From: Lytechinus pictus
Lineage: Eukaryota
Reading direction: 5' to 3'
DNA: 64,000 nt
Assembly: GCF_037042905.1 (NCBI RefSeq)
Contig: NC_087245.1
Span: 14,820,001 to 14,884,000, forward strand
In this document: positions 9,885 to 23,466 of the stretch, one piece after another
How the letters are laid out: every line of letters begins with the position of its first letter
How positions within the stretch are numbered: the stretch's first letter is position 1
Made by a program: the position numbers and the translations under genes
The notes under the pieces: generated by a model
What the model saw: the letters and a program-made list of their open reading frames with translations, nothing else
What the model was told of the DNA's origin: nothing
Databases searched by the model: none

Positions 9885-10719
9885 CTAATAACATGATGGA
9901 ATACAGGAGAGTGATGGAGGAAAGATGGGAGAGAAGAAGTGAGAAACAGAGAGAGACAGAGAAAGATATAGAGACAGAGACAACCAGAAAAGGGTTAAGG
10001 GAGAGAGGGGATAAGGAGGGAAGAGAGGATGAGAGAGGTGTGTGAAATGGTAGGAGAAAGAGAGAGGGGGAATAAGAGAGAAGGGAGAAATAAAAGTACA
10101 AAGTTAATATCTTTAATCAAAATAAAAGTTCATACATATAAATTAAATGTCATTTGTAATTGCATATCTGGACTATGTAATTGATATTTCTCAATGATTT
10201 TGAGTAAACAAAACTTCAGATATGACCACATAAGAGAAATAAATATGAATTATCCATTCAGCCAACAAACGAGGCAACAATTTCAAAATCGGGAGCTGCT
10301 ATTTATATTTCTTACATCACTTTGCTGTTCACAGTGAAAACGTGTAAGTTTGCAACATGCAACTTGCAACTTTATACCCTGTGTGACATTTTAAACGGGA
10401 TGACGATTAAATGTTTCAGCTTAAATTACACTCTAGGCTTCTTAAAGCCTAGTAAAGATGGCTGAAAGGCAATTGCTTGCCATTGCTGCTTAGAGTCAAG
10501 TTATATCTCCAAGTTTAAAGGTAGAATCAGGAATCTTGCTGAAACATCACTCCCTGTTTCAAGATTTTCTTATAATCGCTTCTTGGTATAATAATTATCA
10601 GGCCCTGTACAATAATGATCACATTGATATTTATGAATTGAAGAAAAAAAAATCGAAAATCCAGATTTTATTGTTTGAAACAGAAATCCTTAGAAAACTT
10701 GTTTTGCCCAATTAATCAT

Positions 10720-11150
10720 GTGCTCGGCAGTTACTGTGCAGCGCCAAATCGACTTAGCTCTATCTCTTGTAATGTTGAATATCAAATGGAGTAGCAGCAA
10801 CTCACATCTTTTAACGTCTTTTGGTCTGACGCGGCCTGTTACAACCGATAATGTCGCAGCAAATGTCGCTGTGACATTATGCGTTGCAACATGTGATGTT
10901 ACGCATCGGTAATTTGTTGCGACATTATACGTTGCAACGTGTGATATTATGCGTTACTAATTTGCTTCAACATTATGCATTGCGACATGTGACGTTATGC
11001 GTTGGACGATCATCGCATAACGTCACACTCTGCGACATTATGCGTTGGTGTGACATCATACGTTGCTGCAATATTATCGGTTGTAACATGGCCAAGGTTT
11101 GACCTCCCTAACTCCTGGTTGAAAGACGGACGCTCTACCAACTGAGCCAA
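10720..11150 (-). mobile_element. tRNA-derived SINE fragment interrupted by a MITE
   Basis: Minus strand TTGGCTCAGTTGGTAGAGCG (A-box) ... GGTCAAAC (decayed B-box), resuming GCGTCAGACCAAAAGACGTTAAAA beyond the insertion. The 3' boundary is approximate. Confidence 0.6.
10837..11088. mobile_element. MITE with TGT...ACA termini and 5-bp TSD (Ginger-like termini)
   Basis: TIR TGTTACAACCGATAAT / ATTATCGGTTGTAACA. Flanks CGGCC and TGGCC. Interior made of GACATTATGCGTTG-like repeats. Confidence 0.75.
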
Positions 11151-13129
11151 TATACCGGTTCTATGACTGAATTTTTATTCTATGATTAAATTTTTTCCCC
11201 ATATTTTTCCACAGACTTGAACTTGCACTGAAATGCACAATTGATTACATTGTTTATCTTATTGGAAACTGGTTGTAGCATGTATCATCAGGAAACTAGT
11301 TGTGGCATGGTCATCATGTAGCTACCTAAACTCTTTTAAACAAAAATGCAAGTCAAGCTTGCTATCCACTTATAGTTGCTAATTTTTTTCTACAATATCT
11401 GTACATGCATATTTTATATTCCTACTCCATCCTTGCTTGAAAGGAAAAGGTCAGAACCACTAGACCAAAATGCTTCGAAGAGGATTCGTGAAGCAATGAC
11501 TGACAAACTCATCAAAATGGAGGAATCTAGCTTTAAAACATCCAGTCCATCTGCCATGTTTACATTTGACCAAAGGACTTCCTTCTGATGTTTACAAAAG
11601 GACAATTACCAAGCATATATTTTGAAAACCGCTGTAATATATCACATGCCAGAAAAGCGGTTATACTGTAATAGAAGATCAGAGAAAGAGAGATGACGAT
11701 CACAGAGAAAGACCTGGGTGAGAAAGGAAAAAAAAAGAGAGGAGATAGAGACTAAGCAAGGGAGATTAGGGGGAGGGGGAAAAGAGAGGAGGGGGGGGGG
11801 GGGGTAAGTGAGTGAGCACGTGTGTGAGAGAGTCAGAAACTGAGAAGGTGAGGGAAAGAGAGAGTCAGAAACTGAGGAGGCGAGGGAAAGAAAGAATCTG
11901 TCAGAGACAAACAAACCTAGGAAAGACAGAGAGAAGAAAACTACAAAATAATTACTTAGCAAAAGGATGAAAAGGGAGAACAGAAAGGAGGGGAGTCAAA
12001 GGTAATACAGTCTCTTTTTTTAGGGGGGGGGTGCCTGTTCCTTTATTCGAGAAATGGGAACAACTTTCTATGTTTTCTAGAAAAAAATAATACTGAAATA
12101 AAAAGACTGAGCATCTCTGAGGTAAAATAAATGCTCCAGCTATCAGCCAGGTGATTTTGACAGATTCAAAGGGACTAGCTTTCATCAAAGTCAATCTCTG
12201 TATTTGATACTTTGATCTCTATACACAAACACCATCACCATGATAGGGGCTTTTCATGTCATCTTTGTTACTCATCCCTTTCTCAACATAATAGCCTCAT
12301 CCCAAGCCACTCTTCTTCGTTTCAATGATTGATATAACCTGTCCTTAAACAAGTTGATTTTGAGAGATATTTCTTTTTTTACCATTGTTCTGAGCAGGAA
12401 GAGCATCCTATATGTTGCAATACTTAAGTAAAGAGGGAAATGAATTGGATATTCTAATGTTCTTCCCCAGCTAAAACCACTCTTCAACTTTTATTCAGTT
12501 TCTAAATTAAAGTGTACATTAAACTTGCCAAATTCCAAGCTTGGAAGAATGAAGTTTATAGTGACCCATCCAAAAAAGTATTTTTTCTTTGTATCAACAA
12601 GATACCATATTAAACATTTACATTTTCATACATATCTAAGTATATTATTAGAGATATTAAGAGAAAATTTAGTAATGAATACTGATAAGAAATGTTGAGA
12701 ATGGTCCAGTGAGACTGGAAGCAATTACACTCTGGAGCAGCTTCAAGAGAGACTAACCTGGATAGCCATTCCTCATCTATGACTGATCTCTGTTCGCTTT
12801 AATCAAAGCTATGGGTCCATTATCAACAAACAGGTACAGAAGATCATGATTCCATCAACAGTAGGAGCTTGGACACATAAGGACAATATATTATATAATT
12901 TAGAGGAGAATTTACATCCTTCTTGCTCTCACTGGTCAGTATCACCCTATGACATTGGTGATGACTTCGGCACCATCCAATGCTAACCTTTGTCAAGTTT
13001 TGGTAGACCCAGTTTGATGAAGGTATAAACTGGAATCAAAGCATGATTCACGGTAGACCGATAAATAGGTATATTTCTGTCAGGGATATGCTCCGCTGAG
13101 ACTTCATCTAGCTCCGCGGCATCCCCTCT

Positions 13130-13446
13130 GTCAATAGACCGATGACGGCCATTGGGATCGTAATGGTGGAGCAAACGCCCACCACTTAACAACGTCTATG
13201 GAGAAAGGGTGCACTTTTGCACCCTCCTCAAATACTCCTAAATTTTGCTTTTTGACAGGGTAAAAGTATTGTATTTGATATAAATTCATCTTTATTATTT
13301 CTTCCTTTTTCCCCCTGTCAAAAAGCGAAATTTAGGAGTAATCGAGGAAGGTGCAAAATCACACCCTTTCTCCATAGATGCTGTAGTTAAGCGGCGTTTG
13401 TTTGTTCCACCATTATGAGCCCAATGGCCGTCATCTGTCTGTTTAC
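13130..13446. mobile_element. Palindromic foldback/MITE-like element
   Basis: 13130-13266 is an imperfect reverse complement of 13304-13446 (CTATGGAGAAAGGGTG / CACCCTTTCTCCATAG; TACTCCTAAATTT / AAATTTAGGAGTA). Confidence 0.75.
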
Positions 13447-14302
13447 GAGCAGGACCAAAAAAATCAGAATATGTTGAAAACCTCCTCCGAAACAGCGGTT
13501 GTATCAGTCTAGATTCACGGAAGACTGTCAAATACTGTACCTAATTCGCAAGGCCAGTATCACAACTTTAGAGCTTGATTGTAGAGAAGATAGTTTACAA
13601 TTGATTACAACTAATGTGCCATCAACTGTATGATCAATCGCTAAGCTTTATGTTACGGGTTCCAGGGGTATAACTTAGGACATTTTCATTTCTGAGTAGT
13701 TTTCCAACAGAGAAGTCTGACCCAAAGGTAATAGGTAGCTTTTGACAATAGAACTGTTCACATATAGCAGACTGAAGATTCAATAATCTCCACAGTTTGC
13801 TATGTCCTAAATTATCTTAGGCAAGAATTTGTGCAGATGAATTCTCATCTGAATCTTTTATCCACTGGGCCTTTCATCAGGTCTTGGAAAGCTCCCTAAT
13901 ATAACATTTTGTGACATGCTGTATCCCTGACAAAATAAAGACTTGAATCCTTTACATGGTTCAACATGGAAATTGCAAGTATGAAGTTGTATTTATATTT
14001 TTCATTCAGTCTGACTTAATTGGACTTAAATTCCTGCCCTCAATTCCTCCCTTGCGATAGACAGCATAGTGGGGATCGCCCGTAATGCGCCACTCCCAAG
14101 TCATCACCAATTGCAATAGATTGCAATAGGGAACCATTCATTCAGACATCACCACTTGCAATTGGCAATACATTTCTTTTCCTCATCAGCAGTATTTTAA
14201 CATATATAATGAGTCACAATACACAATGAGCAATCTCCATGGTGACAAATAATATGTCACAATAGCAAAAGAAGTTTACTTACTGCATGTGATCTTATTT
14301 AC

Positions 14303-14359
14303 CTTTATACTAAGTCCAAGACCTCCAACCTTTTGCCTTCTTATCGTGATAACTCTCTC
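14303..14359 (-). CDS. SNTG1: Gamma-syntrophin-like exon (PDZ start: ERVITIRRQKVGGLGLSIK)
   Basis: ccccatttag|GAG AGA ... ATA AAG|gtaaat. 57 nt, phase 0/0. Contains the carboxylate-binding loop GLGL. Confidence 0.92.
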
Positions 14360-14694
14360 CTAAATGGGGAAGTAAAAATAAGAACTTCTTGTAAATGATC
14401 TAGTAATTAAAAGAAAAAGACAGAGGTATATCACATGTTCACAGTTTGCAGAAAGAAATGCTACTGCTTTTGTCAAATATAACCATTCATTTTTTAGACT
14501 GAATTGTCATGAATTCTTCTGTCATAATTTCCTGAGAAAAAAAAATAGTAAATTTTTTTTTTCTTTTTGCTATTGCTGTATTAAATATTAATGTATTCAA
14601 TGTATTTTTAACAGTATTCAGAGACACAAGATAATGTTTTATCCTAATGACTGAAAAAATAAAGTTCCTATATACAATAAAATTTAACACTCAC

Positions 14695-14724
14695 CCTTGC
14701 TGAGTCCACTTCTGTTCCATTTGT
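14695..14724 (-). CDS. SNTG1: 30-nt symmetric microexon (TNGTEVDSAR) in the PH1a-PDZ linker
   Basis: Long pyrimidine tract, then tatttcag|ACA AAT GGA ... GCA AGG|gtgagt. Phase 0/0, open frame. Confidence 0.7.
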
Positions 14725-16915
14725 CTGAAATACAGGAAATAGAGAGAAAAGAAACCCAAAATATTAAAAGGTTGCAAGGAGCACTGGGAAAATGTGTGTT
14801 TTCTAGAGAAATACTAGAAACTTGCTGAAAAGTCTACATAATGAATTTCTAGTCAATAAGATATCTACTCTATTTCATTCATAGAAAACTTTCAAATTAC
14901 TTAAACAAGGCTGTGCAAGATACTTCTGACTGGTTCATACTAAAACATGTTTTGATATTTTTTTAATCTTGACTATTGGAAGAAGAGATTCTGCAAAAAA
15001 GAAAGAATCTAGCACTCTTATGACTTATCAACATCCTCATCAAAAAAGAAATTGTACTATCCAACTATCAACCTGTTCTCAAACTGGCCAACCCACTTCA
15101 TTACTACTACCCCAATAGTGAGATAGTATGTGCTAATTCATGAGATCATGATACCATTGATTGATAAAGAGCATGCTTATAGGGTGTGAAACTAATTAAT
15201 GAATTTCATTTCCGCACCTGCTTCAACTGCTTTTGAACAATATGAGAGCTGGATGGTAGGTCTGGGGATAACTCATGAATGTTAGATTATGAGGTAAGAT
15301 GTGAGAAGTCTGGAGCATGTTATCAACTCAGATGCGCTCTCCAATCAAAAACACATTCTGATGTATCCATATGGGATATGAATTTCTGTGGGTGGTGATG
15401 GGATATAGTGTTTTACGAAAGTTTTATGAACATCCCTTATAGCAAGTACAAGAATAACCCACTAACTAATGGATCAGCCTATTTCCATGTTCATGGGGGC
15501 CACCTGGTTCAATTAGCCAGTGGTTGAATACCTTAAAACAGTGGACTTACATGTATAAAGAAATTCTTAAAAAGCCTATTGAGGTTCAATCTTTAGTTGA
15601 ACCTCATATACGATGGTCTGCAAATGAATAATATGAGCCAGAACCAACGTTCTTCTAACTTTAAACATACAATATGCTCTGAAGATGGAACTCAAAACAA
15701 AACTTCCAAAGCAACAAAGTCTCTTTGCCTCTCCCCATTTTGTCTAGCAAGCCACAGTAGGGTTACCAGAGGGCATCCGACGGTAACAAAAACTTGCTGG
15801 AAGATGAAATGTTGCTAATCCCCACAATTGGATGAAGACACGTCTAAAACAGCTGCTCGTTGGTGATCAGGGAGGTGAAAATGAAATTAGCTAGTCTCGA
15901 GTGAGAGTGATTCCTACCAAGCCTTGGGTTACACGGTAAATTGGACTTAATAGGATCGACGATGAATTCTAACCTCGTTGATTTGTAGAAAAGCAAAAAA
16001 TGAAAAACAGAGGTAGGAAGAACATGGATCTACAAAGAAAGAAGAAGATGTTACCCCAGTACATAAAAGGAAAACAGTTTTGGTCTTCGGCTTTGGCAAT
16101 CATCGCCAAACTCAACAGAGTTCGCAAACAACCTAAAATCAAATACCTGGAGAATAAAATTAAAAATTCTGCAGGAAATATTCTGATATGTCATCAAAAA
16201 GGATCAAAATGAGACATAACATTTATTTCTGTACTATAGTGACATGACAATGGAAAAATGAAAACGGGGAATACAAAGAAATAGTAAATAAAATACAAGG
16301 CAAATACTAGTAATGTGTTATTCATTACCTATATGCCATGTGTTGTTCTCTTGATTCAAATTTGGAATGATAGATATGAGGTTTTATCCCCTGTTCCTAT
16401 TCCTATATGTAACAGAACTTCTATCATCTGATGGATGTACACTCACAAGAGTATTTGACCACTAACAGTAGGGGAGGATTATATAAAAAACTTTACAGAA
16501 CTAGAACACTACAGGATATTTCTGGGAAAGAGAGAGAAAGAAGGAGAGAGTGATGGCAAAGAATGGAAGCAGAGAGCGGCACCCAAAGAAGAAAAAACAC
16601 AAAAATATCAATAAGAGCTTGGTGTAATCTGTGCGCCCCATTTCCCCCTGAAGGAATTGAAATAGTTTTGTGAAGAGGTAGAACATTGCCGACAGCGCGG
16701 ATAGCGCTGGTATGAAAAGTGCAATTACGTGGGACCTTTTCTTGAAAGGGATGGCAAAGATTTGCTTGAAATGAGGGCATTTTGCTTCAGGTTGTTGAAC
16801 TTCCGATGGAGTAATGACTCAGAAGTGATCTGGTTTCTACACCTTCTGTTTTTATAACAAGCAGTGTTGGCTCAGAAACATTTTTGGGGACAGTGGTACC
16901 TGCTAGGAATATACT

Positions 16916-17080
16916 CCAGGGAAGCGTTTCATGAAAGGGCTTGTCGGACGTTTTATCCGACAAGCCCTGTTTTATCCGACATTTACCATAGCAACAGTGA
17001 CTATCAGCCAATCAGAATCAAGGAAAGTTGTCAGATCTGACAACTTGTCAGACAAAAATGTTGATGAAACGCTCCCCTGG
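16916..17080. mobile_element. Short MITE (Harbinger-like, CWG context)
   Basis: CCAGGGAAGCGTTTCAT ... ATGAAACGCTCCCCTGG. Internal hairpin GGGCTTGTCGGA/TCCGACAAGCCC. Confidence 0.7.
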
Positions 17081-18874
17081 TACCTTGTACAGCTATTGAG
17101 ATCCCTGGTACATCTGGCTCTGTATTCCCAATTTCAAAGAGACCCAATACTACATGTACACACTATAATCTATGACTTGAGGTATACCCTCATTTTATTC
17201 CCACATACCATCATGTTGTAGATAATTTCCATTTTATATTTGAATGAATGTATGGATTCATATTACAATGATCTGCATAATCACATTATGCCATTGATGT
17301 TTTGACACTACATATTGATGAAATTTGTTTTTTTTTTGTGATTGAAATATACAGTGAAACTTTCTCTTTTAGTCAATACATGTACCCTCCTAAATCACAC
17401 AAAAAATAATTCAACAATGGACCACACATCTACATGTAACCTAAAAACTTACAATTTAACATCAAATTTGCTAGGGACAACACATTTGTTCAAATGAAAT
17501 ATAAATTTCCCAGTGCAGAAAGAAAGTAGACTGATGCTCACAAACTGAAAACACCATTTAATGGTTTACACTGTATTCTAAATTATAAACTTTTCAATAT
17601 TCATATTTCAATATCAGAAGCATCAATATTGCTCTACAGCATTTTCATTTATTTGCAACTTTATGAAGAAAAAAAAGATAAAATCCAAGATGTTATTGCA
17701 GACAAGGGCCTGTGGGCAAATTGGATATCAAATTTCAAAAGACATATTTAAGGTTATTGAACTGATGCCTAAGATAAAGGTATATTATTAGCATTTCTTT
17801 GTGTCTGATCTGGGAGTATACTGTACTTCATGATACATGACATGCATAATAATGTGACTCTTGAGTAGCATAAACATGTTTGTATAAGGGAGGTGAATAC
17901 CCTCTATATTTCACCCATTTCATAAAGTATTAGATGCATGTAAAGCGTGAAAGGTATGCCTACCCCTTCCCCATGCCATCTTCACCCTCGGCAACTGACG
18001 AATCTGCCTCCATAAAACATGGATGCTTTAGGCAACATCTGAACAAACAGTGATTTGCATTTGATTGCTAAAAAGTAAAAGGGGATCCTGCACTTTCATT
18101 GAATTTTAAATTTCATGAAATTGTATTATTTGTGTTTTCCGTAAAATGACTTTCTAAAACAGCATGACCTTTTTTACCCTTCTTCATTAGATTCAAAGAA
18201 CAGTTTACTAGTGTTTCTAGTAGGGCCTGTTCTGGAAAGAGTTGCAAACAACTAATTCCCAATAAGAGATCCTGATTGGTTCAAAATCAAGTTGTATTTG
18301 ATTTTGGAATTGTTTGTACATTCTCCTGCAAAAGGCCCTTGTTTGACTGTTTAATTTGCATCAGCTGTTTAAACAATAATTGGAAGCAATATGTGTGTTC
18401 ACATCTTCATTAGATTTCTCTGAAGTATTTGAGATCTAGTCTCATAAAGACTCACAATTATGGTAAACTTTGAAGTTCATTTATTTTCTTTATTAAAAAC
18501 TCAAGTTAAGGCAAATATACATGCTAAATTTATAAACAAAATTGAAAGGACTCCCCCCCCCAAAAAAAATCCAAACAAACAAAGTAACCCCACCTAGTCT
18601 GCTGTGAAGACCCTCAGTCAGGTTAAAGGGTCTTAAATGCATAGCATACAATGACTTGTGTACTGAAGGCCCTATCATTCCATTTTTAAATGAGCTAGTC
18701 TTCTGTGAAGACCCACTTGTTGATTAAAGTTTCAATCAGGGCCTGTGCCTGAAGACTAACCACTGCCTACACACTTTTGTGTTGCCATTATCATTACCAT
18801 TTTTTATTCTGCTGAGCCCTGTCGTGGGGGGGGGGGTGGGAGGAGGAGGGATGCAAAACAGTGTACAAAAATAT

Positions 18875-20297
18875 AAAAAGTGGAACGCCTCTGGCAGACT
18901 CGCCTGCGTTATGCAATTCGATATAGCAGCAGTGCTAACTTTGGAAACAGCTAATGAATAATTATTCACAGAAGAAAACACTAATATGATAATAAAACAT
19001 TATGTCCATTGATCCAACATGACTTTGACCATGATCATGTGAACTAAGATATGTGCAAAACAATCATTCATACTTAAAGGTCAAGTCCACCCCAGAAAAA
19101 TTTTGATTTCAATCAATATAGAAAAATCAAACAAGCAATGCTGAAAATGTCACTAAAATCGGATGTAAAGTAAGAAAGTTATGACATTTTAAAGTTTCGC
19201 TTATCTTTCAAAAAACAGTTATATGCACAACTCAGTGACATGCAAATGAGAGAGTCGATGATGTCCATCACTCACTATTTCTTTTGTTATTTATTGTTTG
19301 AATTATACGATATTTCAATTTTTAACAATTTGACATTAAGGACCAACTAACTGAGCCATAAGATGTTATAACAATGGCAATACCACATGTTTAGGGAGGA
19401 ATAAAACTTTGTCTCACAGGACAATGAGAAAATTTGAATAATTCATATTTCATATAATAAAATACAAAAGAAATAGTGAGTGATGTCATCAGTTCCCTCA
19501 TTTGCATACCGACCAGGATGTGCATAAAACTGTTTTGTGAAATTAAGCGACACTTAAAAATGTCATAGTTCTTTCTTATTTTACATCTGATTTTGATGAA
19601 ATTTTTGGTGTTATGCTTGTTGGATTTTTCTCTTATTATTCAAATCAACTTTTTGCTGGGGTGGACTTGTCCTTTAATTATGTTGATGTTTCATGGACTA
19701 GATCCATAAACTTTTAACGTTACATGTATGATGACAATTCCACAAATACCCCCAACATTACAAAAGTTTTGTTTATTCCAAATGACCTTTGACCTTGGTC
19801 ATGTGACCTGAAACTCGCACAGGATGTTCAAGGATACTTTATTGCTCTTACGTCCACGTTTCATAAACTACCTGTAGATCCATAAAATTTCAAAGTTATG
19901 ATGACAATTCCTCAAATACCCCAACATAACCAAAGTTCGTTGACCCTAAGTGACCTTTGACCTTGGTCATGTGACCTGAAACTCGCACATGATATTAAGG
20001 GACACATGGATGCTCTTATGTCCAAGTTTCATGAACTAGATCCATAAACTTTAAGTTATGATAATTCCTCAAATAACACCAACATGGCCAAAGTTCATTG
20101 ACCGTAAGTGACCTTTGACCTTAATCATGTGACCTGAAAATCAAGCAAGATCTTCAGTGATACACTATTGCCATTATGTCTCAGTATTATGAACTAGGTC
20201 CATATACTTTCTTAGTTATGATGACATTTCAAAAACTTAACCTTGGTTAAGATTACAATGTTGATGCCGTCGCTCTGCTATGCAGGCACAACAAAAA
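18875..20297 (-). mobile_element. Helentron-associated (HINE/pearl-like) non-autonomous element with a ~163-bp internal tandem array, interrupted by a TTAA MITE
   Basis: Same end sequence (AAGTGGAACGCCTCTGGCAG...) and same monomers as 39089-40761. The opposite end is partly deleted. Confidence 0.7.
19078..19673. mobile_element. TTAA-flanked long-TIR MITE (Kolobok-like)
   Basis: TTAA|AGGTCAAGTCCACCCCAG ... CTGGGGTGGACTTGTCCT|TTAA. Same family as 53936-54528, in the opposite orientation. Confidence 0.88.
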
Positions 20298-21759
20298 CTA
20301 TTATCTGATTGTCATTTTTTGCATGGTCAGCCCCCCCCCCCCCACTTTCAAAACCATTCCATGTCCCAAACCTGTTACCATGGTAGTTAGAAATGGATCT
20401 TGAACGTGTCAAACTGTGTTCCAATTACATGTAGTGTAGTGCTGTTAGCCAGTCAGGGCTTTTAGCCAGACAGGGTTTTGATTCATGATAACACCACTAG
20501 GTTGAAGATGCAGATGGATATCTTTGTTTTTAAGCTAATCTACAGTGGGTGTGAACCAACCACCATCCATACACTCCTATCTTGCTTAAGTCATTTTCTT
20601 CTTATAAGCGTAGATGTAGTGCAGGTTTTTGTACCAAAAGCTACCATCCTACATTCATCAATTAAAAAAGAAAACAATGACTACACTCACTACAGCATTG
20701 TTGCATCCTCCACCTACATGTAGATTATATGCTACATTAGTCTAAATCCTAAGTATGTATCGGTACTTGATAATTTATCAAATATTGAAAAGCTAATGGG
20801 CAGACAATCGTAGAGGAACTGTAAATGGAGAGTACTGTAATGGGGTGGACTATTCTCGGAAAAAAAGTTGTTGTAATTTCTTGTTGTTACAACACAAATA
20901 TATTCAATATTAAAATGCTAAAGCACTGGCTCATTGGGGTATAAGAGTCTAGAAGTACAAAACAGTGTTGCATTCAATCCGATTAAATTGTAAGGGCAAT
21001 ATATTTAATGTTGAGAATGATTTGACCTTCCAAAATCCAAATCTTTGATAGATTAGGATATTTTGGCACCACTGAATGTAATCATCTTTGCCTTGGTGTA
21101 ACTGCTCTGTAATTATTGTGAGAGGGTAATTTTTAGCAATCAATTCAACCTTTGACCATCTTCTACAACTGTGTTAACAATAGCTACAGAATAAAATCAC
21201 ATATTTTGCGTTATTTTTGTTTGGAGTACATCTCAATAAATATCACACTTACATAATGTGTTTGACCATGGATCCATGGTATGACCCAGTGCTTGCACTT
21301 ATCAGATCCAACTGATTATTAAAGGTTAGTTTGGATATTAAAAGAGAATAAATCTCTATTAAAGGTTCATCATGTGTAATACTCGACCCACGTACTACGA
21401 ACTGGATCTTAATTCAGATCTACAGAGCATTTGACTCTAACCTCTAATTGGCCATTCCCATTAGCCGCATTCCCGGCAATTAAAGGTCATGTGATATCTG
21501 TCTGGGGAGTCCTTGCATCATAGTCTTATTGTTCAGTCTTCTACTCAAATGGGAGATTGTACAATTTTCTTTTGAATAACTGAATGTATGATCATTTCTC
21601 ACAAATAAGCATGACATATAAACCATTTCAATCCCATTCCCCAATTTTGAAGGTCAATGCATGATATACAAGTTCAACCCCAAAATAGACTATAAGTCCT
21701 ATCCAATTTCTTTTTATTGAGAGCATGTAAAAGGAAGGAAGTTGGTTAATAAATTCAAG

Positions 21760-21771
21760 TATGTATGTATG

Positions 21772-21811
<40 letters not shown>
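21760..21811. repeat. (TATG)n(TA)n microsatellite
   Basis: Direct reading. Confidence 0.9.
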
Positions 21812-21814
<3 letters not shown>

Positions 21815-23325
21815 CAAAGTCTAAAAGTTAGAGTTACTATATCCTTTGAATTTCAAAGTAATCTGTTTTCATACACAAAATGGCAAGTAAATAAACTTTG
21901 ACCTCTCATTCATTCAATTCATAGAAAATTAATTTCTATCACTAAATCATAACCAAGACAACACAATTTTGGACAACTCTAAATGACAAGTAGGAGATAT
22001 TTAGAAAATTATGGCCAATTTGTATAACATTGACATAACAGTGTCACATCACAAAGTTCCCCATTTTCAACAAGCACTTTCACTAATAATGATTTCCTGG
22101 TTTAATTCATTCAAAGATTTTCATATCTAGGGTAGATTCCCCTATGATTTACATGTTAACAGAAGTAACACAGCTGTGGTTCTAAATAAACAAAGACAGG
22201 GAAAGAAAGAGATGTATATAAACACAGACTAACTTGACAAAGTTTGCCCTCCTACAGTCTAACTAATCTAAATGAGAAGTTCAGGGGATCTCAAATCATA
22301 GTGCTACCTTATTTTAGTTGAGGCAGAGAGAATTGACTTTTAATGAGTGTGCTATAAATTTCAACTCCTTGTCTTATCAATTCATTTGTTCATTCATATT
22401 CCTCATGAGCAGATGTTCATTGAAACTCTTACCATGTGTAACAGATATTGCAAGTGTATGGGATTTAATGAATGTGTATGTTTGACATCAGTTTGTGACT
22501 TTTGCACTTTAAGTGTTAAAACTCTCATTTCTTCCTGGTCTGTCCTTTTTCATACATGTACTACCTCATAATCTATTAAACATTTCTCATGTTGAATTAC
22601 ATTTATCAATCTCATTAATATTTTGTAGTCAGTTATATAAATTAAAACAAAAGTTCTTATGTCTGTCATTACGATAATGGTCCATGGATGTTCCTCAAAA
22701 GATGACTTGAATTTCACAGATCACCTATTTTAGTTGCATCTATGCTTACTTTGCAACCAGATAATAAATTCACTAATAACCAAATGGTGACTCAACAAAC
22801 TTAACTATAACATGGAATCTATTTTTGAAATGTAAGTGGATCACATTTTTTTGCCAGGTGTTTGCATTTTTTTTTCAATTGTATGAGCCTTAAAAAACAA
22901 GAAGGGGACTTCAACCAAGATTTAAAATGATTCTCAGACAACTTCCCTGGTGACTACAAGTATTTTCAAAAGAGTTGTCATTTGGGTAAAGTGTCCTCCT
23001 GGGAGATTTGCCCTCTCTAGGGTCCTGTAACATAAACTTAGCATGACATAACTTTGATTGTGGGAATGATTTGTACCATTGATCACACTGATTACTGTGA
23101 ATATGATCAATCATTCCAATCAGTCTTAAGATCGATTGTGAAGCTTTATGTCACCGGGTCCAGAAGGCTCTCTTCTGTTGGAGATATGTGACAGGGTATC
23201 TTTCCTGGTGGAATCATGTCCAAGGAAAGTGTCCTTTCAGCAGAGTTGTCTCGTTTCTTTTTCAAACCTCCAATGCATATACCCTCCCTGATCAAAAAAT
23301 AAATGGAACATGAATTCAAACTCAC

Positions 23326-23466
23326 TTCATGACCCCCATGCGGATCAACTGGATTGACTACGAATGATTCTTCTTTCTGGAGAGTTATGGTTTCGGTTGA
23401 GAGTTGGACGCGGACTCGCTGGGCATTCTTAGGACCGTTACAGATGCTCAGGAACCCCGTCTTCAC
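23326..23466 (-). CDS. SNTG1: Gamma-syntrophin-like exon (split PH1 N-terminal half: VKTGFLSICNGPKNAQRVRVQLSTETITLQKEE...GGHE)
   Basis: gattgcag|GTG AAG ACG GGG ... CAT GAA|gtgagt. 141 nt, phase 0/0. KTG...RVxLS...LQKE matches the syntrophin PH1a pattern. Whether the gene is orthologous to SNTG1 or SNTG2 is not resolved. Confidence 0.85.

Noticed and set aside
9781..12194. ORFs in GA/CT-rich tracts (also 33673-34329)
   Set aside because: These are low-complexity purine/pyrimidine tracts that give spurious ORFs. Only the 9827-9884 exon is supported.
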